A stretch of DNA of 61,254 bases, filler included, from Circinaria calcarea (taxonomy: Eukaryota): the NCBI GenBank assembly GCA_051942165.1. It is 7 parts of 7 records of this genome, joined end to end, with 100 filler letters (N's around TTAATTAATTAA, not from the genome) between each part and the next. Parts side by side here need not be neighbours in the genome. Positions count along the whole stretch, not along the records: positions 1 to 8,684 come from JAVECS010001073.1; positions 8,785 to 17,458 come from JAVECS010001074.1; 5 more parts are not named here. One strand, written 5' to 3'. Of this stretch, positions 1 through 13,003 are shown piece after piece; position 1 is the first letter of the stretch; every line of letters starts with the position of its first letter. The notes under the pieces were generated by a model. It searched no databases and was not told where the DNA came from. It saw only the letters and a program-made list of their open reading frames with translations. Made by a program: the position numbers and the translations under genes.

Positions 1-1153
1 AATGCCCAGATCATCCAACAGCAAACATTATTAAAACACAAAGACTTGTACGGGTTTCTTACCAAGAAACATCCAAAGCTGGCTGAAGAGATTGGACAGG
101 CGTACATCAACACAATGCGATGGTACTACTTGAATCAATTCTCACGCTACCGGCAAGCTTTGAACAAAATAACCCTTTACCATATTGACAGGCATGACGC
201 TCTTGGTGGTGATCAATCAAATCAAAAAAGTAGGCTCTACCTTACAATAGCTTTTTGGATATATTTGATATTTGATAGGTGCTAGAGCAACTGGATCGAG
301 AGCGACGCAAGTATCTCATGATGCCATTAATATTGGGAGACGAATGGACATTCTTAAATCGTCAAACCAGTCTGCCATCTCAAGTTACCTTGTAGAGGAG
401 GACAAATCCGTACACTATGTCGAAACCCCTTTCCGAAACTTCAACCTCGCCTTGATCGATAACGTTTCATTCGAGTATTCATTCCTAACCGAGTTCTTCT
501 CCGCCATCACCTTCCACCAAATGTCTCGCAAGTTTGCTGAAATCTTCGAGCCTACATTTGCACTAGGTCAATCACTAACCAAGGAGCTTATTGAAAACAA
601 CTACGATTGCCTCGGTATACTCCTCTGTGTACGCTTAAATCAGCACTCAGCCTTTGAGTTACAGCGGCGCAAAGTGCCTGTTGCGGAGAATTATGTCAAT
701 GGTACAAATATCATACTATGGCCCAGGTTTCAGGTCGTCATGGATTTCCACTGCGAATCTGTTCGACAACTTGCTGCCAACATCTCCGGCCGAACCGCTG
801 TATCTAAATTAACATTCACCGGCACCTCCTCTGATGCAACGAAGCAGTCTACGGCCCCCCATCACCTGACCCAGCGATTTGGCCAGTTTCTGTACGGTAT
901 CCTAGCAATTAGCTACGAAGCCGGCGATGACGAACCCGTATCTAGTAGCCTGGGAAGGCTGAGAAGTGAATACGAGGCCTTCCTGCTTAAGGCGTCCAAG
1001 GGGGCAGGCAATGATGCGGTAAAGCGAGCAAGGTTCCTGGGCAACAATTACGCCCTAATCTTGACCATTATCGCGGATGCCGAAGGGAAGCTTGCGCAGG
1101 AACAGAAGAAACATTTTGAAGACCTCAGGCAAGCTCTTGGAGATCAGCAATAG
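1..1153 (+). CDS. VPS52: GARP complex subunit Vps52/Sac2, 5'-truncated; exons 1-229 and 279-1153
   Basis: Motifs AYINTMRWYY, FRNFNLALIDNVSFEYSF, LWPRFQVVMD, PHHLTQRFGQF, FLGNNYALIL; phase-consistent GT..AG intron 230-278 joins the two ORFs. Confidence 0.92.
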
Positions 1154-1879
1154 TATTTGGCAAGGGTGGTCATGGCGATGGGACGGGCGGTTGGTGAGTT
1201 ATACGAGAGGCTGAATCTTGCTTACGAGTGGGTGCAATTGTCGCAGTAATCACAATGTTTCGTGTTGAGCCCGTGATGCAACACGTTATCATTACGATGG
1301 AATCCTTTTGCAACTGTCTTCAAGTATACCGTCACACTCATTATAGCTGAATTTGGCATAAGTTCAGCCACCGGGTTTCGGCTTGGCCACGTTTAGCGTC
1401 CGCCAAGCAGTTGTAGTTACACTAATGCAGCCCTTCGGAGGATTCTCGTCTCGTGGCAAGAGCTTGTCACACGTCGATCACCACGCGAGCCGTCATGGAA
1501 ATATGGATCTAAAAGTCTTGGGATGGATATAATGTACGATCGAAGATGTTCTGGAAGGATGTGGTCACGTGAGCTTACTTTTACCCTGCTCAAAGCCACT
1601 GTGGTATTTGGTATGGCATGTTGTGATGAGGGTGTCTCCGTACTTGGACAATCTAGACCTCGTCCTCACGCTACTACGTCCTCTCCCCTCTTGGCAGGAG
1701 GGACCCTCATCGAAGGATCTTTGGAGATATAATATGCAGGTACAAAAGCGATCAACCACCCCCTTTGGATTTCGGTATATCATTCGTGAACTCCTTTTGA
1801 CAAGGTTTTCTTTATTTCCTTGACTGTTTATATATTTCTTTACGTTAAGCACAATTCTATCCCTTCATAAAAGCAAACC

Positions 1880-2785
1880 ATGATCTCCCAAATCCCTGTC
1901 CTCGTTTCGTCGCTTCTCCCCCTCCTCTCCCTCCTCACCTCCGTCTCCGCCTCTTGCATCCACGGCACCCATCTCTTGCCCCGTCAATCAGAAACCGTCC
2001 CCATCTCCAACTTCGGCTACAGCGGCAACATCGGCCCGCTCAACTGGGTCAGCATCAACGAAACCGCCAACGCCCTCTGCTCCCTCGGGCGATTCCAATC
2101 TCCCATCAACATTGACGCCTCCATCGAGCTGGACAACGGGACGTCGAGCACGCTCCGCATCCCGGATGTGGAGGAGGCCGATTTTGAGAATCTGGGCACA
2201 ACGGTGGAGGTGGTGGTGAATGGGACGCTCGTGGATCGAGGCAAGGAGTATGCGCTGGCGCAGTTTCATTTCCATACGCCGAGCGAGCATCGCGTTTTCG
2301 GGGAGTATCAGGCCATGGAGGCGCATTTTGTTTTTCAGGCGGAGGGTGAGTCGTCCCCTGCACTTTGGACATCTTCCTCCCTCTCACTCCCTGTTCCAAC
2401 ATCCCTCTCTAACACGATGCTCCCTCCCTTGCCAGACTCCACTATCCTCGTCCTCGCCTTCCTCATCCGCGTCTCCGGCCAATCCGAGCTTGACCCCCTT
2501 TTCGGCTCCATCTTCACCGCCCTGCCCGCTATCCGCAACCCCGGATCCGTTACCGCCACGGGCCCGCTCTCCTTCGCCCGCCTGGAGAATCACTTCGCCA
2601 CGCACTCTTTCTACCGCTACGAGGGCTCGCTGACGACGCCGCCGTGCTCGGAGGGCGTCGAGTGGTTGGTCGTGGATGGGCCGTTGCTGGTGGATGTGGG
2701 GACGCTGGAGGATGTGAAGAGCGTGATCGGGTTTAACAGCCGCTATACGCAGACGGCGTTGGGGGAGAGGAATCTGTTGAACTGA
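1880..2785 (+). CDS. Secreted alpha-class carbonic anhydrase; 90-nt intron 2346-2435
   Basis: Signal peptide; QSPINI, QFHFHTPSEH, MEAHF zinc ligands, YEGSLTTPPCSEGVEW; intron GTGAGT..CTAAC..CAG is in frame and stop-free. Confidence 0.95.
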   Translation: MISQIPVLVSSLLPLLSLLTSVSASCIHGTHLLPRQSETVPISNFGYSGNIGPLNWVSINETANALCSLGRFQSPINIDASIELDNGTSSTLRIPDVEEADFENLGTTVEVVVNGTLVDRGKEYALAQFHFHTPSEHRVFGEYQAMEAHFVFQAEGESSPALWTSSSLSLPVPTSLSNTMLPPLPDSTILVLAFLIRVSGQSELDPLFGSIFTALPAIRNPGSVTATGPLSFARLENHFATHSFYRYEGSLTTPPCSEGVEWLVVDGPLLVDVGTLEDVKSVIGFNSRYTQTALGERNLLN

Positions 2786-3388
2786 TTTCGATTTCCTTGC
2801 TGTTTTCTATGAGATACCGTGGAGTTGGAGGGCAGGGAGAGGCTAATTTTTGGGGGGCGGAATTTTGGGCAGCGAGGTGTTAAGGGTGCGGGATGTTTTT
2901 CAATATTGCATATTTAATATTGTGGTGGAGACAGAAGAGGGCTAGACTGAAAAGCATGGGTTTCGGAATGGTTTTGACACAAGCATCGGAAGGACTTGGG
3001 GGATTTTTCATCACATACACACAGAACATACATGGAATAGCCAGTTCAACAGTACAGCAAGCAGTATATATTGTATTCAGCTACTACAATGACCTTTGAT
3101 ATGCGGCAGTGCACTGTAGCAGTCAGTTCCATGCCATGTACCCCTCTGGATTCTTCCACGTTCAGGGACCACCTCAAAGCCCATTCTCGACAAGCTTCCT
3201 TGCCTATCTATACCCGAGCAGCATGGCGGAGCACCCTATTCCCTTCACGATATACGCCATCGATCTGGTTTACTGTCTTATTTTGATAGGATGGAGATGA
3301 GGGGTTGAGATGGTTCTATCGATGCGTGATTGATGATGTGGTGACTTGGAGCGTATGGTATAGACGATTTCGTTTGCGAGTTTTCAGT

Positions 3389-5084
3389 TCAGGATGCCTC
3401 GGACCGAAGCGAGCTCGATTGACTCGAGGCTGTAGGAGTCGTAGGACGATTCACCGGTCGTATAGAGTTGCCCTGCTTGGCGGAGATTTTTGTTCCGTGT
3501 GCTGGGCTGGCTGAGCCCAAGCAAAAGCAAAATTCCTCCCGGTTCTCCCGGTCGCTTCTCTGGGCCAGCTTGCAGGCGTCGTAGTTGATGCCGATGATGA
3601 TGAAGGCGAGGACTCCTTGCAGGACGGCCCCTCCAGCGATCCCTAAGAAATAGAGATTCCAAGTCTCGGCTTTGACAATCTAACCGAGGTCGAGATCGAT
3701 GTAAGCATTCGCGACACCGCCGGGACCGAAGTAGGCTGACTAGGACTTGCAGCTGTTGTACCAACCTAATGAAGGGGGTTTAGTAGACTCGTCTTGGTTC
3801 AGATGTCGTACTGCCACAAGACTCACCGATGAATGGTAATAAGAAGAAGAGGATCACGAGGAAAGAAATCAATGTATCTTTTGCCCATACCCAGTGGAAA
3901 AGCCTTTTTCGATTCTGGATGCGACCGGCCATACACTCCTCAAGCACGAAATTGGTTATCCAGACAACGAGATAGGTGATCTCGGCGATGCACCGGCCAC
4001 CAAGACCAATGGTCGGGGTATTCCACGGCATCAGAAAGGAAATGCTGAATGCTATCAGAACGGACAAAAAGGCCAAAGCCAAAAGGAGTTTGTGGCGGCC
4101 GCTCTTGTATCCGGAGGAGAACTTGTGCTTTTGGTTGATGCGCCGACCAGATCGACGCCATAGAAGCATCTTCTGCGGCCGATAAGAATATATGCCACCG
4201 TTCCAGGGCTCAATCTCTTTCCGCCCCAAGCATTGCCAGCCAAACCGTGGATCATACCGATGCAGCTCAGTGCCCAGTGCGTGAAAGGGACTCTGAGCTG
4301 TCCACTGATGTGGCCAGCCTTCTGCTGCAGCGCTCAAAACGATTTCTAGAAGGAGAAAATAACACAACTCCCTCAGGGTTATCGTATGTGGCTGCGCGAA
4401 TCCTAGCCTGCTAGTGGTGTTTGTTTTGAATAGAGCCGTGAATGCTGCGCCCACGTACACGAGTACGGCAACGGTCGTACGGAGGATACTTCTAACCCGG
4501 GCGAGTGCTAGATCGCGACTCGCAGGTTTGATAGTACGAAAGATGTCGGTTCCATAAGGGCTTTGGACGAGCTCACATATCCTGTTGACCCGTTCCTCGA
4601 ACGTATCATGTCCGAGGTCCTCCAAACAGTAGCAGATGTTCGCTATATCGCGCTTTGCGTTGGCCAGCTCATCTCCCTTTAACCGGAGAACCCCAAGTTC
4701 AAGCGTATCGCAATGCTTCCTCAGTCGCCTTCCGAGATCCAATTTGCTGGCCAAACTGAAAATCGTGTCGATGGGGTTTGCGAACTGGTGAGCGAAGACG
4801 AACAATTTACGTCCAAAGGGCAACCGTAACAAGGTCGTCTCAGTGAAGTTCATGTTCGCAGCGAGTGCCAGGAACGGGATCACCCATGTGATGATTGCAT
4901 CAAGAGCATCGTAAAAACCATATAGCCCATATCCTTCTCCGCAGTATTGCTCGCATTGCTTCAGGGAAAGCTTGTACGAAAGGTCTATACCCGGATTCAT
5001 CTTCTTCAAGTCATCAATCGTGGCTTTACATTGAACGATGTCGAAGGCAGTAGGAGTCGCGTTTAATCGGAAGGACGCATTCAT
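3389..5084 (-). pseudogene. Multi-pass membrane protein of unknown function with two in-frame TAG codons in the last exon; intron 3766-3826
   Basis: Long hydrophobic ORF from ATG 5084; after splicing it reads GWYNSCKS*SAYFGPGG...DLG*IVKAETWNLYFLGIAGGAVLQGVLAFIII (stops at 3740-3742 and 3680-3682). Confidence 0.6.
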
Positions 5085-5885
5085 TATGATCAAATGCCGA
5101 TACAAGGAGTAAGAGTGTTGAGAGTATGGCTACTGAAAAACGGTATAGAGATGAAGGAATCAGAGAGACCAAGAAGAGATAGCAAGAATAGAGAGGCAGT
5201 AATAGATCTTACCCTGAGGGTAAGATTTTTCCCACCCAGCTCTCAATCTTAGGATAATATCTGAATTATCGCCAAATCCAGTCAGAGCCAAGGCAGCAAT
5301 GATAGCAATGATAGGGTTTGGTCGAGCTTGACGATGTTGTAGAAGATTCATCAAAGCAAGAGGAAAGATTATATAGAGATAAAACCGTGACGCAGAATTA
5401 CGACGGGCAAAGGCTCAAGTACACAGATAAGTATGCTTTACGAAAGGCTACTTCGTATCACCACGAAGTGCCTTAAAACCGATAGATAAGAAAACTGCCT
5501 TACTACCGCCACATATTTCAGCCAAGACGGGATGATAGGTTTTTTTGAAGCCTCTAATGACATGAATTGAGTGTCAGGCAAGGGCATTGGTAGATACCCC
5601 TTGCCACCTGGTATACATATAGATTATGCAGGAGTAAGGTAATCGTGATTTCTTAAATGCCTTAATTCAGGTATCGAGAGGAAAAACGATCTGTTTTCCT
5701 TTTTGTACGCGCTTTCGACCCTGAGATAGCGTCCCCCGAAGACCAAGGTCTGTTCGTTTAGGTAACCCTGAGGCTCGCTTGCCTGAGTGCCCAGGTACAA
5801 AGCCGGCTTCGTACTTGTAGTAGTATCTAACAAGAGTATCACAGGATGAAGATCCACGCAGCACTAAGTCTTGCCTTTACTCGAC

Positions 5886-7849
5886 ATGGCGACATATAAG
5901 GCCTCGAGGTGTGGTCTGCAGGGTTGCCGCTCTACCAAATATGAGATCCTAGACGGTTTTAGGTTCTGTAAGCGTTGCGGACTCAGACAAGAGGTATCTC
6001 TGAGATCCTCTTGAATCATACTAAATGCTCATCTGAGGCCAAAACAGGGAACACTTCAAACGGAACAGGGCGAAGATGAGTTCGGCAGCCAAGGTCAGAC
6101 GACTAAAAAGAAACGGGAAGCTGTAGAAAAGGTCTCGAGAAGTAAAGATGGCAGACTCTGTGCGAGGGCGTGCTGTCTAACTCTATATAGTCTACAAAGG
6201 AGGCGAAGTCATCGAGTTGTTCCTGCAATGCTATCAATTAATCCTTTGGAAACAATGCTACAGCTTGATTCATAGTAAAGGCCTTCCTCCGCAAATTGAG
6301 AGCGTAGTACGCGATCTTTGGGCTTTACGCCTCCAGCTCGTTAAGTCCAAGATCGGAGGCGCCACCGATTCTGAAGGGGAAACTACAGTCTATAGCTCAC
6401 AGGTGGAAGATGTCGAGACTGGAAATGAGACTACTCAAGGATATGCAAAAAGGAGAAGTAAGAGTAGGGCTGGAAAGGAGATACCGCCTTTGATTGACAC
6501 CCTAGCTATCTGCTATCTTGGCATGGTCTTACTTCGAGTGCCGATCAGTATAGGAGACTTGTATAAGTTAGCAATTTATGCCTGGCTTTCCTGTCTATTG
6601 ATCGCTCACACAACGATCCAGATGGGTTACGCTAGAAGAGATTCCATACATTCGAGCTATACGTTTGATACCTAGGACGATGCGCTCAAAACTTCCGCCT
6701 TCCTACATTGGTGCATTAGACACCAGGGTTTGTAATCCTCTATAAGGTGTCGGTTCGTGCTGATTGGTGAGCAGTCCGTTCTCCAACCGAATTCTGTACA
6801 TATGGCCTGTGAACGCCTGTCTATACTCTATGCCCAGCAATTTGATGTGGCATTTCCCGCTCTCAATTACCCCCCTTTGATGCTTCAATATATCCAAAGG
6901 TTAGCTCTTCCACGTAAGTCAACGTGATCCAGTTCCTTAGTTACATTATATTGACTATAGCAACTCAGTCGACATTCATACTGTCGTCAATCGTATATCA
7001 AACCTCCTGTCCTGCACCTTCACCTTTCCGAAGCCAGGCTCTAGACAGCGATTATCGTCTCTTCCGGAGATTCAATTGATTTGTATGCTTGTCGTTGCTG
7101 TCAAGCTATATCATCCATTTGATAATCTTCAGAGGGCTTTGAACTCTTCAACAGAGATGGGACTCCTCACAATCGATTGGGACACCTGGAATGGTGCGCG
7201 GAAAGTGTACGATGCGGACGCCAATCCGGACGGTCGATTGACCCGAGATAAGGACATCACCATGACCGAGCGAGATGTATTTAACATGTCTGCCTTACAA
7301 ATGGACGATTATCTTGACTGGTACGAGAAAACATGGATTGACGATGAAGACAAGGATCACCACGCACGAGCACTGCCAGATCAACTTCTTAATATGTTTC
7401 CTACAGGTCGACTCGACGGATCGACTGCTACCACCATTGATGAAGACGAGGAAACCCGAAAGGATCAGGGAAAAGTACTGGACAAGCTCGAAGTAACCCA
7501 AAAAAACCTTATGGTCCGAGATGTCATTCTGGAAGCAACTGAAAGGAAACAGGCAGAACCGGTTCGACGCATCGGTTCCTCGTATAAGCAGTACCGTGGA
7601 ATAGAAGACTTGACTGCACAAGCCAAAGCCTTTTATGAAGCTACTGCAAGTATCGTCGGGGTTTCGCTGCCAACTCTCGTCAAGGCAGTGTACAGAATGG
7701 AAACTGCTTTGCGTCGTTGGAGAGACGAGCAGGAAAAGAAACAAAGGCGGGAGAGGGGAAACTTATACGCATTAGATACTGCACATCATGATGACGACCA
7801 ACCAGATCCAGTTTCCGATTCGCTATACTCCGATAATGATAATATTTAG
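5886..7849 (+). CDS. RRN7: RNA polymerase I core factor subunit Rrn7/TAF1B, multi-exon
   Basis: N-terminal zinc ribbon C-x4-C...C-x2-C; LFLQCYQLILWKQ...VVRDLWALRL; LVVAVKLYHPFD; MDDYLDWYEKTW; GT-AG introns link the ORF pieces. Confidence 0.85.
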
Positions 7850-8146
7850 ACTTCCTGCTAAATACTCTGTTAGAGCTGCGCAGTATGTCAGGATTGAAAT
7901 CACCTATTAATGAAGCTATCCAAGGTGAATAGTTTGTAGGCTGAGAAATGTGATTACAGTTGTATGAATCTAATAGGTCATCCACAGAAGGACTTCATGT
8001 GTCGTTCGGATTAGCCTTATCGAGGATCTAAGTGCACGCTAAGGGCTAGGGTCGTAGAGCCTCAATCTAGCCTCAAGTAAGCGAACAACCACCAAATTCC
8101 ATCATCGTATAGACTTCGACAGAACCATCACCAGACGACCGCCGAC

Positions 8147-8684
<538 letters not shown>

Positions 8685-8784
8685 NNNNNNNNNNNNNNNN
8701 NNNNNNNNNNNNNNNNNNNNNNNNNNNNTTAATTAATTAANNNNNNNNNNNNNNNNNNNNNNNNNNNNNNNNNNNNNNNNNNNN
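8685..8784. other. Artificial contig linker
   Basis: 44 N + TTAATTAATTAA (stops in all six frames) + 44 N. Confidence 0.99.
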
Positions 8785-9553
8785 TGGCAGGGAAAAGACC
8801 AGCCAAGCCCCTTCTAAGTCGGAAGTCGAGGCTCAACGGGATTCGAATCCTGATCTGAAAGAGAGTATAGAGATTGGTCGGGATGACGAAAAGGAGCATC
8901 CGAATCGATGGCCAGATAAATTCGACCCTGAGGGGCAGAAGTTCAAGGAGGTGATGCAGGATTTCTTCTTGCAATGCAAGGAGATGCATCGTCTACTGAT
9001 GTCTGCCTTGGCGCTAGGAATGGGTCTACCTGAGACACATTTTGATGAGTTTGTGGTGCAAGGTGATAACACGCTGCGGTTGCTTCATTACCCGCCTGTA
9101 AAGAAGAGCACGTTCGAAAAGAACAAAGGCCAAGTAAGAGCGGGCGCACATACTGATTATGGAAGCGTAACATTTCTGTTCCAGGACGGGAGAGGTGGAC
9201 TCCAGGTCCCTGGACCTGGCGGCGGATGGTTGGATGTGAAACCGATTGAGGGGACTTGCATCGTCAATGCGGGAGACTTGCTTGCGAGGTGGAGTAATGA
9301 CTTGATCAAAAGCACAATGCATAGGGTTGTAGAACCACCGTCCAAGACGGAGGAGGAAGAGAAGATAGTCGGTGAGGACGACGCGGAAGATGAGTATCCG
9401 GCTAGATACTCAATCGCATACTTTTGCAATCCAGACTTCAATAAGTGGATTGAGGCATTACCAGGTACTTGGGAGAAAGAGAAGGGAGGAAAGCGATATG
9501 AGGGTGTCAACAGTGGAGACTATTTGCAGCAAAAGCTGGGTCTGACTTATTGA
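8785..9553 (+). CDS. 2-oxoglutarate/Fe(II) dioxygenase, thymine 7-hydroxylase-like, 5'-truncated
   Basis: GREK, PDLKESIEIGR, LRLLHYP, RAGAHTDYGS (HxD), STMHRV, RYSIAYF (RxS); strongly resembles fungal thymine dioxygenases as recalled. Confidence 0.85.
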
Positions 9554-9937
9554 GAGCCGACGGCGAAATGCAGGACCGGTGATGTCTTACACTCAGGCTG
9601 AATGAAATGTTTTCTCCATGGGTAGTGTCATGATTCGGAGTAATATATTTTGTCCTAGTCGGAAACCTGTTAGCTATTGTGTAATTTGCAGTCCTTGGTC
9701 ACTTACATACTACAATGTCACTTTAAAAAATTGCAGCCGACTAACCTCCTTGGTGTTTGACTATTGATTGAGTCGTTCTTCCGTAAGGGAGTATTGAAGA
9801 ATTTGCCTGCCTCAATGCTCGTCGACGATAAACTTTTCTGTAATCCTTTTGCAAGCCGCTGTCATCTCTAAGATATTGCTTGACTGAGTGTCTCGAAGTT
9901 GGGATCGTGCATTGATGTAAATGAAATTGACCGTCGA

Positions 9938-10639
9938 TCAGAAGATTGTATACCCTCCCCACCAAAAGTATATAGCAACAGAAATCAAGCTGCCCAGAGC
10001 AAATGGCAGCCTCATCTCTATCACACTCCACACCCATAATGTACCTAAGGGTGGTGCCCTTTTCATGACGGCAAAGTAAGCCAGCTCATTGCTCGAATAG
10101 ATCAAGTAGCAGCCTGCGCCCATGCTTAAGCATAGGAACAGGAATTGGGTCCATAGGGCTGTTGAGCGCGAGTGCAACGTGTAGACCAGCGCAAGGAGGA
10201 TTGGAAACGTGATGAGGGTCCGTTGAACTATGAGATCCCAGCCAATTGCTTGACGGTACTGGTGGTGTACGAGGACGTCCAGCGTGAAGTGGAGCATTGA
10301 AAGAGTCAGCGTAAAGAATAGAGCTTGACCAAAGGGGCCAATAGGGTCATCGGTAAATTGGGAGTCTCCTTCAGGAGAGATTTCAGTTAGGGTGCCATCT
10401 GGGTTTATTTGGGTGGTGCTAATGGATGGTGGTGAAGAGAAACCTGTATCTGCGTTGCCGAAAGGTTCGCCATGCTGGAGTTGGGCCTGTCGCTCCGCAG
10501 CGATCTCAAACAGAGTCTTGGATTTGGGCGTCCGTCGTGAGGGTTGGGAGAGAGGAATCTCGGAGGATTTGGTAATCGAACCTTTCAGACCTGCGGCTCG
10601 ACGTTCTTTACGGTTTCGAGGTTCTCCGGGACTGTTCAT
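9938..10639 (-). CDS. Conserved fungal membrane protein of unknown function, about 4 TM segments
   Basis: Single-exon 233-aa ORF; LHFTLDVLVHHQY and AVMKRAPPLGTLWVWSVIE motifs; hydrophobic C-terminal half. Confidence 0.8.
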   Translation of the reverse strand: MNSPGEPRNRKERRAAGLKGSITKSSEIPLSQPSRRTPKSKTLFEIAAERQAQLQHGEPFGNADTGFSSPPSISTTQINPDGTLTEISPEGDSQFTDDPIGPFGQALFFTLTLSMLHFTLDVLVHHQYRQAIGWDLIVQRTLITFPILLALVYTLHSRSTALWTQFLFLCLSMGAGCYLIYSSNELAYFAVMKRAPPLGTLWVWSVIEMRLPFALGSLISVAIYFWWGGYTIF

Positions 10640-10869
10640 TGTAGACTACCAAACCTGTTTGTATATGTAGAGACAAATAGGGTCCGGTGGTGGCCAAGGG
10701 CATCTTGAGAGACTGAGCTTATACTGCCATGGGCCTAGCTTAGCCCTGGCCATACCTAGACTAGCGCCGATATTAGCTGCAGGAACAGCCAAGATTTCCC
10801 CGGATTTTCAACGTCTTGACCATTAAACTATAATTTGGATATTTGGTGTCAGAGGGCATCAGTTGCAAA

Positions 10870-11849
10870 ATGCAACTGTACCTCGCTCTTGCAATCCCAA
10901 TCGTACTTGCAACATGCTGGCTGTACACGGCGCACATAGCTCGAACCTCCTTCCCGCGCCTGAGCAACAAGCGCATCTGTCTCTTGATCGCACATCCCGA
11001 CGATGAAGCCATGTTCTTTGCCCCAACGATTCTCGCCTTGACTGATCAAGATCTGGGAAATCATGTCAAAATACTCTGTTTGAGCAGTGGTGAGCTCTGT
11101 TCCACCCGAGAGAGTCGTGTTTGCAGATTTCCTCGATTGTGGCAGCTTAGAAACTGACGAGAGTCTGGGCGACAGGGGACGCAGAAGGCATTGGCCATGT
11201 TCGTAAACGGGAGCTCATACGTTCCGCTTCCATGCTCGGGCTGCGCTCCTCTGATGACGTCTTCATTCTTGACGACCCTTCTTTTCCAGACAGTATGACC
11301 GCCACTTGGGATCCTGTAAAGATTGCCAATGTACTCAAATCTGCCTTTACCCCTGTGGTGGCAAAGCCACACTCAAAGAAGCAAGTGAGGGGTCCAAATG
11401 AAGACGGTGCGCCTGTAGCAACCATCGATATACTCATCACCTTCGACCGGCAAGGCATCTCTGGTCATCCCAATCACATTTCACTCTACCACGGTGCTCT
11501 TACGTGGCTAAGGGAAATGATGAATGGGAAATCGGCTTGGGAGCAGCCGGTCACACTCTACACACTCTCTTCAACCAATATACTCCGCAAGTATATCTCC
11601 ACCCTCGATGCACCATTAACATTAATCAAATGCGTATTTGGAGGAAATTGGGCTGTGCGGGACTCTAAGGCAGGAGGTGGTACAGGATCAAGAAGCTTAA
11701 TGTACATTAGTGATATTGGAACCTATAGACAAGCACAATTGGCAATGACAAACGCCCATAAAAGCCAGATGAGGTGGTTCCGATGGGGCTGGATAGGGAT
11801 AGGGAGGTATATGGTCATCAACGACCTGACGAAGCAGGGGATCCGATGA
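10870..11849 (+). CDS. GPI12: N-acetylglucosaminyl-phosphatidylinositol de-N-acetylase (PIG-L); intron 11090-11175
   Basis: N-terminal TM, IAHPDDE, ITFD..GISGHPNH, AHKSQMRWFRW, SR/GRYMVINDL-type end. Confidence 0.93.
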
Positions 11850-12653
11850 GGAATATACCTGACGGAATAACCATCAGGCTTTATTGGGACCGCACGGTAG
11901 CTCACGATTAGATTTCCACAGGATCAGGATCAAACGCCGTCAGCCACCTACAAGAGCTCCCGTATAATGAACGATTATACAATTCCTAAGCCTCCTGCAA
12001 TTACTCTATAACCTCTCAAACTCAAAACAACCTTATTTACGAACGAGGTCATGACATTGGTAGTCCTACAAACGCTTATATGTAAGGCTAATATCCTCTT
12101 TTTCTGGATTCTCGTAACACCTACCAACACCCAAAATCCTTCAGCACCGTGCCCGATCAGTCGGTGATGAACTTACCGCAGCTCAACTGTGAGTGTTTGG
12201 ATTTAACAGGTGAAATGGCACAAGGCACGATTGTCGTGGACGATGCCTCGTGAATTCTATGAGAGCTTCCATCGTCCCTAGAGCACCCAGGTAGTCTGAA
12301 CCATGCGTTCCTTGAGCCTCGGCTCGCAATGGGACGAGTCTCAGAATGAATGGCTTACAACGCCGGAGCGATGATTGGCATAGGTCAAGAGCACTCACGA
12401 AGCTGCTGGTGAGTCAGCGCCAAGCACAGATATTGGAGAAGGCGTCTGCGTGATACTCCCATCTCTGGTATCAGCCACTCTGTGTTACTCACCTCAATTT
12501 GCGTGTACCTGACCTATGTGCAACTCATCTGTTCTTTCCTTCCTATCATCACCAAGATCAACAGAATACGATCATACTCCCGCTTTCACATGATCAACTG
12601 CAACCAATATCAGCAGCCTCAAGTATCAGATTTTAGCCACTCAGCAATGACGA

Positions 12654-12887
12654 ATGCCTCAATTTGACTGGAAATGCCATGAGTGCGCTAAGATAAACTA
12701 TCCCAGCGACGAGTTTTGCTGGGGCTGTTTGCATTTCTTTTGTTTTAGCTGCCACTACATGGGCCCGCAACGAAATCGGAACCAAGATAGGTTCGTCAGC
12801 ACAGAGTACAGTCATAACGAGGGGCAGGTTACTAACATATCCCTCAACTATCATCAGTCAGCACACACACGAGCTCGTGGCTTCTAA
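12654..12887 (+). CDS. Putative micro-protein with extended RanBP2-like zinc finger
   Basis: W-x-C-x2-C-x3-N-x6-C-x2-C-x-H-x2-C-x2-C; same spacing in neighbouring copy at 13004. Confidence 0.6.
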   Translation: MPQFDWKCHECAKINYPSDEFCWGCLHFFCFSCHYMGPQRNRNQDRFVSTEYSHNEGQVTNISLNYHQSAHTRARGF

Positions 12888-13003
12888 GTCCTTTACCTGT
12901 TTTACTGTTCTCCCCCATACTCTACGAATCCCAACCCATCCCTCGACCTCTCTATCAACGTCTAGCGCAGAGACTTCAAGTAACAGCTTCAATACAGCTC
13001 AAG

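Noticed and set aside
1988..2633. Multiple overlapping and antisense ORFs over the carbonic anhydrase (likewise over 15.9-16.9 kb, 22.6-23.7 kb, 51-52.5 kb and 54-56.7 kb)
   Set aside because: Shadow ORFs from GC-rich or biased coding sequence; no independent motifs
8729..8740. TTAATTAATTAA as a biological repeat
   Set aside because: Identical, centred in N-runs at all six joins; a standard six-frame-stop linker. ORFs containing X runs are artefacts
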